Notes under the pieces: model-generated
Told to the model about the DNA's origin: nothing
What the model saw: the letters and a program-made list of their open reading frames with translations, nothing else
The model's database searches: none
Source: Candidatus Eiseniibacteriota bacterium
GTDB lineage: Bacteria; Eisenbacteria; RBG-16-71-46
Reading direction: 5' to 3'
DNA length: 64,000 nt
NCBI GenBank assembly: GCA_963725865.1
Contig: CAVSAC010000010.1
Location: 416,001 to 480,000 of the forward strand
Position numbers and translations under genes: made by a program
Shown here: positions 59,207 through 64,000 of the stretch, in pieces
Layout: the number at the start of each line of letters is the position of its first letter
How positions within the stretch are numbered: position 1 is the stretch's first letter

Positions 59207-59863
59207 TCAGGCCGTCGCGGCCGCTTCCAGGCGCTCGCGCTCGATGCGTCCGAGTCGTACTCGCAGCGAGAGCAGCCAGAAGAACAGGGCGGTGAAGCCG
59301 ATCAGCATCATCGAGAACGCGATGCTGATGCGCTTGTCCATGTCCACCTTCCCCGAGCTGTTGATGATGGGGTCCGGGTGGAGGGTGGCCAGCATGCGCG
59401 GTACCACGAAGATGAGGAACGGCACCGACACGAACGCCACCGCGGAGTAGACCGCCGACAGTCGGGCCCGCTTGCGCTCGTCGTCGATCGCGCTGCGCAA
59501 GGCCAGGTAGGCTCCATAGATCAGGAGCAGGAAGAAGATCGAGGTCTCCCGAGGGTCCCAGTTCCAGTACGCCCCCCACTTGGCCTTGGCCCAGATCGCC
59601 CCGCTGACGGTCGCCCCGACGCAGAACAGCAGTCCCAGCTCCGCGGCCCCGGCGGCGTGGTCGTCGTGATGCATCCGGTTGGTACGCAGGTAGGCGATGC
59701 TGTGCCCCATCGACCAGGCCAGCGCCACCACCGTGATCCACGCACAGGGAATGTGCAGGTAGAGCACGCGGGTGGTGTTCCCGAGCACCGGCACGACCGG
59801 AGCCAGGAACGCGGCGATCAGCCAGCCGGCGATCCACAGGAACAGCACGAGCCGCAGGATCAA
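59207..59863 (-). CDS. ccmC: Heme exporter protein CcmC
   Basis: LYLHIPCAW, GAIWAKAKWGAYWNWDPRET and LHP. TTG start follows AGGAGG. Confidence 0.93.
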   Translation of the reverse strand: MILRLVLFLWIAGWLIAAFLAPVVPVLGNTTRVLYLHIPCAWITVVALAWSMGHSIAYLRTNRMHHDDHAAGAAELGLLFCVGATVSGAIWAKAKWGAYWNWDPRETSIFFLLLIYGAYLALRSAIDDERKRARLSAVYSAVAFVSVPFLIFVVPRMLATLHPDPIINSSGKVDMDKRISIAFSMMLIGFTALFFWLLSLRVRLGRIERERLEAAATA

Positions 59864-59873
59864 GGGGGTCCTC

Positions 59874-60548
59874 CTAGTCGTCCCAGAGATGATCGTAGAG
59901 TAGCAGGCTGGCGGCCAGGAGTGCGACCGCATACGCGGCCAGCAGCCGCGCCTCCCCGTCGGCCGACCCACCCGCCCATTGCGCCTTGGTGCCGCTCACC
60001 GCGGCGGCCAGCACCGGCAGCAGGATCGGGAACGACGCGCCCGCGAACAGCGCCCCGCGCCCGCGCGTCTGCGCGATGATGCCGGCCACCAGCGTCGCGG
60101 CCGTCGCGAGCGCCAGACTCCCGAGCGCCATCAGCCCGAGGAACGTCCCCCAGTGCGGCGGCGGCGCGCCCATCAGCATCATGTAGAGCGGCACGGTCAC
60201 CAGCTCGATCACGCCCAGAAACAGGATGTTGAACATCAGTTTGCCCAGGGCGATCGCGGTCGGGGACGCCACCAGACGCAGCATCGTGTCCGTTCGCCCC
60301 TCGACCTCGCGCACGAACGCGTGGCTGAGCGACGAGAGCGCCGCGAACAGCAGCACCACCCACAGCAGCGCCGACAGCAGGTCGGTCCGGTCGGTCAGCC
60401 GGCCGACGGTGAAGCTCACCGCCGTCAGGGTCGTGACCGCGAACAGCAGGGCGGCGTTGAGTCCGTAGCGCGTGCGCCATTCGCTCCGGCACTCCTTACG
60501 CAGGATCGCCCAGACCGCGCCCGACGAGTTCGATGCGGCGTCCGGCAA
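59874..60548 (-). CDS. ccmB: Heme exporter protein CcmB
   Basis: KECRSEWR, ALLWVVLLFAAL, FVRE, GKL and FPILLPVL. Confidence 0.9.
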   Translation of the reverse strand: MPDAASNSSGAVWAILRKECRSEWRTRYGLNAALLFAVTTLTAVSFTVGRLTDRTDLLSALLWVVLLFAALSSLSHAFVREVEGRTDTMLRLVASPTAIALGKLMFNILFLGVIELVTVPLYMMLMGAPPPHWGTFLGLMALGSLALATAATLVAGIIAQTRGRGALFAGASFPILLPVLAAAVSGTKAQWAGGSADGEARLLAAYAVALLAASLLLYDHLWDD

Positions 60549-61173
60549 GTCTCCACTCCCTTTCTTCGTTGGTGGCGATGAGCACCAGCCCGCTGCGGGC
60601 GTGCTCGGCGACGAACCCCTCCATGACGCGTCGCCCCTCCTCGTCCATGTGCGAGCCCGGCTCGTCGAGCAGCAGCACCGGCGGCCGATGGAGCAGCGCG
60701 AACGCGAGCCGCAGGCGTTGCTTCATCCCCGAGGACAGGGCCGCGACGCGATCGTCCGCGCGCGCGCCCAGCCCGACGCGCTCGAGCGCGGCGCGCGCGG
60801 CCGCGGCCGGCGCCGCGAGCCCGTGCGCCGACGCGGCGAAGGCCAGGTTCTCGTGGCTGCTGAACTCGGGGTAGAACGCCAGCTCCGGAGTGGCCAGGCC
60901 GACGTGGCGACGGCGATCTGCCGGGAGGATCTCGCGGCCATCGCGGATCAGCCGCACCACGCCGTCGGTGGGCCGCAGCAGTCCCGAGAGGATGCGCAGC
61001 AGCGTGCTCTTGCCGGAGCCGTTCGCGCCGGTCACCGCGACCACACCGGGCGCCGCGACCTCGAACGACACCGGCTGCAGACCGCGCCGGCCGCCGTAGC
61101 GGTGGGCGAGCCGCTCCGCCGCGATCGTGACCGCGGTCGCGACCGCGGTCGCCGCCGGGGCCGCCGCGCTCAC
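60496..61173 (-). CDS. ccmA: Heme ABC exporter ATP-binding protein CcmA
   Basis: Walker A GANGSGKS, signature LSSGMKQR and Walker B LLLDEP. Directly upstream of ccmB. Confidence 0.88.
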   Translation of the reverse strand: MSAAAPAATAVATAVTIAAERLAHRYGGRRGLQPVSFEVAAPGVVAVTGANGSGKSTLLRILSGLLRPTDGVVRLIRDGREILPADRRRHVGLATPELAFYPEFSSHENLAFAASAHGLAAPAAAARAALERVGLGARADDRVAALSSGMKQRLRLAFALLHRPPVLLLDEPGSHMDEEGRRVMEGFVAEHARSGLVLIATNEEREWRLAGRRIELVGRGLGDPA

Positions 61174-62192
61174 GACTCCCCTCCCGCGCGCGCCGCCGCC
61201 GCCCCCAGCAGGTCCACCACCGCGGGCAGGATGGCCTCGCGCGCCTCGCGCCGGCTCGACCGCAGCAGGACGCCGGCCGCGTGCGGATGACCGCCGCCAC
61301 CGAGCCGCGCGCACACCTGGTCGATCGATACGCGCCCGGTGGAGCGCAGCGAGACCTTGACCCTGCCCGGCTCGACCTCGGAGAACAGCGCCACCACGTC
61401 GACTCCCGCGATGTTGCGCGGCATGTCCACCAGCCCTTCGGTGTCGGCGCCCACCAGGCCATGGCGCTGGAACTGCTCGGGCGCGGCCTCCAGCACCACG
61501 ATGCGCCCGTCGGCCAGCAACTCGATCGCCGCCAGGACCTCGCCGAAGAAGCGCAGCCGGCCGGCCGAGGCGTGCGAGTGCACCATCGAGTGCATGCGCT
61601 GCGGATCGACGCCGACCGCCAGCAGCTCGGCCGCCATCCGATGCGCGTGGCTGTCGGTGTTCGAGAAACGGAACGAGCCGGTGTCGGTCATCAGCGCCAC
61701 GTAGAGCGCCTCCGCCATCGGCAGGGTCAGCGTGCCACCTGCTTCGCGCACGAGGTCGAAGACGATCTCGCCGGTCGACGATGCTTCGGGCTCGATCACG
61801 TCAACCTCGCCGAACCCGTGCTGATGCGTGACGTGGTGATCCACCACCGCGAGCGCGATCGCATGGCGGTCGAGCAGCGGAGCGAGCCGGCCGATGCGCT
61901 GGCGGTTGCTGGTGTCGAGCACGATGAGCGCGTCGGCGCCCGCGAAGCGCTCCTCGGCCAGCGCGGGCTCGAAGACCTCGAGCGGCTGCTCGCGGGTGAG
62001 GAACGTGAACGCGGCCGGCACCACCGAGTCGTTGAGCACCTGCACCTGCTTGCCCTGCGCGCGCAGCCACAGCGACATCGCGACCTCGCTGCCGAGACCG
62101 TCGCCATCCGGGTTGATGTGCGTGGTGAGCAGGAACCGGCGGTGCTTCGCCACGAACGCATGGAACGCCTGGCGCTCCGGAGTCGAGGTCAC
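61170..62192 (-). CDS. nrnA: DHH/DHHA1 phosphoesterase (nanoRNase/pAp phosphatase)
   Basis: THINPDGDGLGS, LD, VDHH, TDTGSF, SLRS and GGGHPHAAG. Confidence 0.9.
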   Translation of the reverse strand: MTSTPERQAFHAFVAKHRRFLLTTHINPDGDGLGSEVAMSLWLRAQGKQVQVLNDSVVPAAFTFLTREQPLEVFEPALAEERFAGADALIVLDTSNRQRIGRLAPLLDRHAIALAVVDHHVTHQHGFGEVDVIEPEASSTGEIVFDLVREAGGTLTLPMAEALYVALMTDTGSFRFSNTDSHAHRMAAELLAVGVDPQRMHSMVHSHASAGRLRFFGEVLAAIELLADGRIVVLEAAPEQFQRHGLVGADTEGLVDMPRNIAGVDVVALFSEVEPGRVKVSLRSTGRVSIDQVCARLGGGGHPHAAGVLLRSSRREAREAILPAVVDLLGAAAARAGGES

Positions 62193-62821
62193 GCCATGCC
62201 CCGCACGGCCGCCGGATCCGCGGCGAGTCCGGCGACCGTGGCCAGGAACCAGAGATGGAAGCGCGGGTCGGGCGTCAGCTCGGGATGGAACGTCAGCCCC
62301 ACGATCCGGCCCTGGCGGACGCCCACCGTCTCGCCGGCGTGGGTCGCGATCACCTCGACCCCCGGGCCGATCCGACGGATGCGCGGCGCGCGGATGAACA
62401 CACCGTCGAACGGCGCGCCCAGCACGGGGGCGTCGACGCGATCGCTGAACGACGCGATCTGCCGACCGTACGCGTTGCGCACGACCGTCACGTCGAGCGC
62501 CCCGAGGGGTGGGTGCGGCAGGCGCTCGCACTCGGTCGACAGCAGGATCACGCCCGCGCAGGTGCCGAGGACCGGCTTCTCGCGGACGAAGCGCTCGAGC
62601 GGCGCCCGCAGGCCGGTGGACTCGAGCAGTCGCAGCATGGTCGAGGACTCCCCGCCCGGCATCACGAGCGCTTCGAGGTCACGCAGATGATCGGGCTGGG
62701 ACACGCGCACCGGCTCCACGCCGTGCACGAGCAGGGCGCGCGAATGGAGCGCGTAGTCCCCCTGCAGGGACAGCACGCCCACCCGGGCCCCGGCCCTGGG
62801 CGCGAGGTCCCAGTCGGTCAT
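62189..62821 (-). CDS. pdxT: Pyridoxal 5'-phosphate synthase glutaminase subunit
   Basis: GVLSLQG, PGGESST, GTCAG, RNAYGRQ, FIRAP and FHPEL. Confidence 0.95.
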   Translation of the reverse strand: MTDWDLAPRAGARVGVLSLQGDYALHSRALLVHGVEPVRVSQPDHLRDLEALVMPGGESSTMLRLLESTGLRAPLERFVREKPVLGTCAGVILLSTECERLPHPPLGALDVTVVRNAYGRQIASFSDRVDAPVLGAPFDGVFIRAPRIRRIGPGVEVIATHAGETVGVRQGRIVGLTFHPELTPDPRFHLWFLATVAGLAADPAAVRGMA

Positions 62822-62825
62822 CCGG

Positions 62826-63740
62826 TCACCATCCACGCTTCGCGAGCAGCTGGTCCTCGGGCAGACTCTCGATCGAGATCCCGCGCATCGCCTGCGGCAG
62901 CCCGGTGCTCACCTCGGCGACCAGCTTCGCGTCGTCCCAGTTCGCCACCGCCTTGACGATCGCGCTCGCGACCTGGAGCTGAGCCTTGCGCTGCTCCTTG
63001 GGTGCGAGGTCCTTGCCGATCTCGAAGATGCCCGAGCCCACGAACACCGCCTCGGCCCCGAGCTGCATCATGAGGACCGCGTCGGCCGGGATCGCCACGC
63101 CGCCGGCGGCGAAGTTCGGCACCGGCAGCTTCCCGGTGCTCGCCACCTGGCGCACCAGTTCGAACGGCGCGCCCAGTTCCTTGGCCTCGTGCATGAGCTC
63201 GTCCGCGGTCAGCGTGGGCAGCCGCTTCAGCTGGCGCTGCACGGTGCGCATGTGGCGCACCGCCTCGACGATGTTGCCGGTGCCGGCCTCGCCCTTGGTG
63301 CGGATCATCGCGGCGCCCTCGCCGATGCGGCGCAGGGCCTCGCCCAGGTCGCGGCAGCCGCACACGAACGGCACCTTGAAGGCGTGCTTCCAGATGTGGT
63401 TCTCGTCGTCGGCGGGCGTGAGCACCTCGCTCTCGTCGATGAAATCGACCTCGAGCACCTCGAGCACCCGCGCCTCACCGATGTGCCCGATGCGGCACTT
63501 CGCCATCACGGGGATGTCCACCGACCGCTCGATCTCCTGGATCATCGCCGGATCGCTCATGCGAGCGACCCCGCCGTGCCGACGGATCTCGGAGGGGATG
63601 CGTTCGAGCGCCATCACCGCCGACGCGCCCGCCTCCTGGGCGATCTTGGCCTGGTCGGCGGTCATCACGTCCATGATGACGCCGCCCTTGAGCATCTCCG
63701 CCAGGCCCACCTTGAGCCGGAACTGTTCCTGATGGTCCAC
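62826..63740 (-). CDS. pdxS: Pyridoxal 5'-phosphate synthase lyase subunit
   Basis: [35 protein letters not shown] and VFVGSGIF. Confidence 0.97.
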   Translation of the reverse strand: MDHQEQFRLKVGLAEMLKGGVIMDVMTADQAKIAQEAGASAVMALERIPSEIRRHGGVARMSDPAMIQEIERSVDIPVMAKCRIGHIGEARVLEVLEVDFIDESEVLTPADDENHIWKHAFKVPFVCGCRDLGEALRRIGEGAAMIRTKGEAGTGNIVEAVRHMRTVQRQLKRLPTLTADELMHEAKELGAPFELVRQVASTGKLPVPNFAAGGVAIPADAVLMMQLGAEAVFVGSGIFEIGKDLAPKEQRKAQLQVASAIVKAVANWDDAKLVAEVSTGLPQAMRGISIESLPEDQLLAKRGW

Positions 63741-63761
63741 GGTATCCCTCCTTCCGCGCGC

Positions 63762-64000
63762 TCAGGCGCTGTGCGGCACTGCCGGCCGGTCGAGCGCGCG
63801 CAGGCGCTCCACCGCGGGCGGCGTGATGTCCAGGATCCGGTCCACGTCCGCGTCGTCGTTGCCGTCACCGAGCGAGAACCGCACGCTGGCGTGCGCGTCC
63901 TCGGGCCGCAGCCCCATGGCCAACAGCACGTGGGACGGCCCGCTGGTGCCGGCGCTGCACGCCGAACCGGTCGAGACCGTCACCCCGAGCCGGTCGAGCT
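63762..64000 (-). CDS. iscS: Cysteine desulfurase, C-terminal part (5' end outside the window)
   Basis: STGSACSAG (catalytic Cys), PSHVLLAMG and SVRFSLG. Confidence 0.85.
   Translation of the reverse strand, partial: LDRLGVTVSTGSACSAGTSGPSHVLLAMGLRPEDAHASVRFSLGDGNDDADVDRILDITPPAVERLRALDRPAVPHSA

Overview
Very GC-rich (roughly 70% or more, judged by eye), gene-dense bacterial chromosomal segment with about 54 credible CDSs. I found no rRNA, tRNA, CRISPR array, IS or integrase. Several features suggest an FCB-related lineage such as Ca. Eisenbacteria or a Latescibacterota-like group (inference only): secreted proteins with FlgD-Ig-type C-terminal domains, a 'TWGxxKxxY' C-terminal tag, a TonB-dependent receptor and a CxxxY-type CcmE. 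Contents in order: a GT-C-like membrane protein, a 7TM-GAF-PP2C phosphatase, a ~2000-aa S8 protease, queF, miaB, an ROK kinase, a penicillin acylase, a fused 2-oxoacid dehydrogenase E1, ggt (apparent 1-nt frameshift at its 3' end) and an acyl-CoA dehydrogenase. Next come a signalling cluster (cupredoxin-like protein + HAMP kinase, membrane PP2C, LytS kinase, TPR-like protein, TonB receptor, LytTR regulator), an MFS transporter, thyX-fdhD-DMT-like genes and an exosortase H/IPTL-CTERM/HupE-UreJ locus. The rest holds a 4-hydroxybenzoyl-CoA-reductase-like molybdoenzyme operon, a class II aldolase + fbp, arsC, a small ORF-dinB-DUF72 cassette, an NHL-repeat protein and an iscS-pdxS-pdxT-nrnA-ccmABCDEF operon. 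The most notable observations are: (1) a putative SOS mutagenesis cassette with a TGCAC-N4-GTGCA palindrome in its promoter spacer; (2) adjacent PP2C phosphatase and LytS kinase genes sharing a homologous membrane sensor domain; (3) an exosortase target with a predicted ATCUN-like N-terminus next to a HupE/UreJ gene; (4) recurrent leaderless-type promoter architecture; (5) an unannotated CTG-start ccmD.
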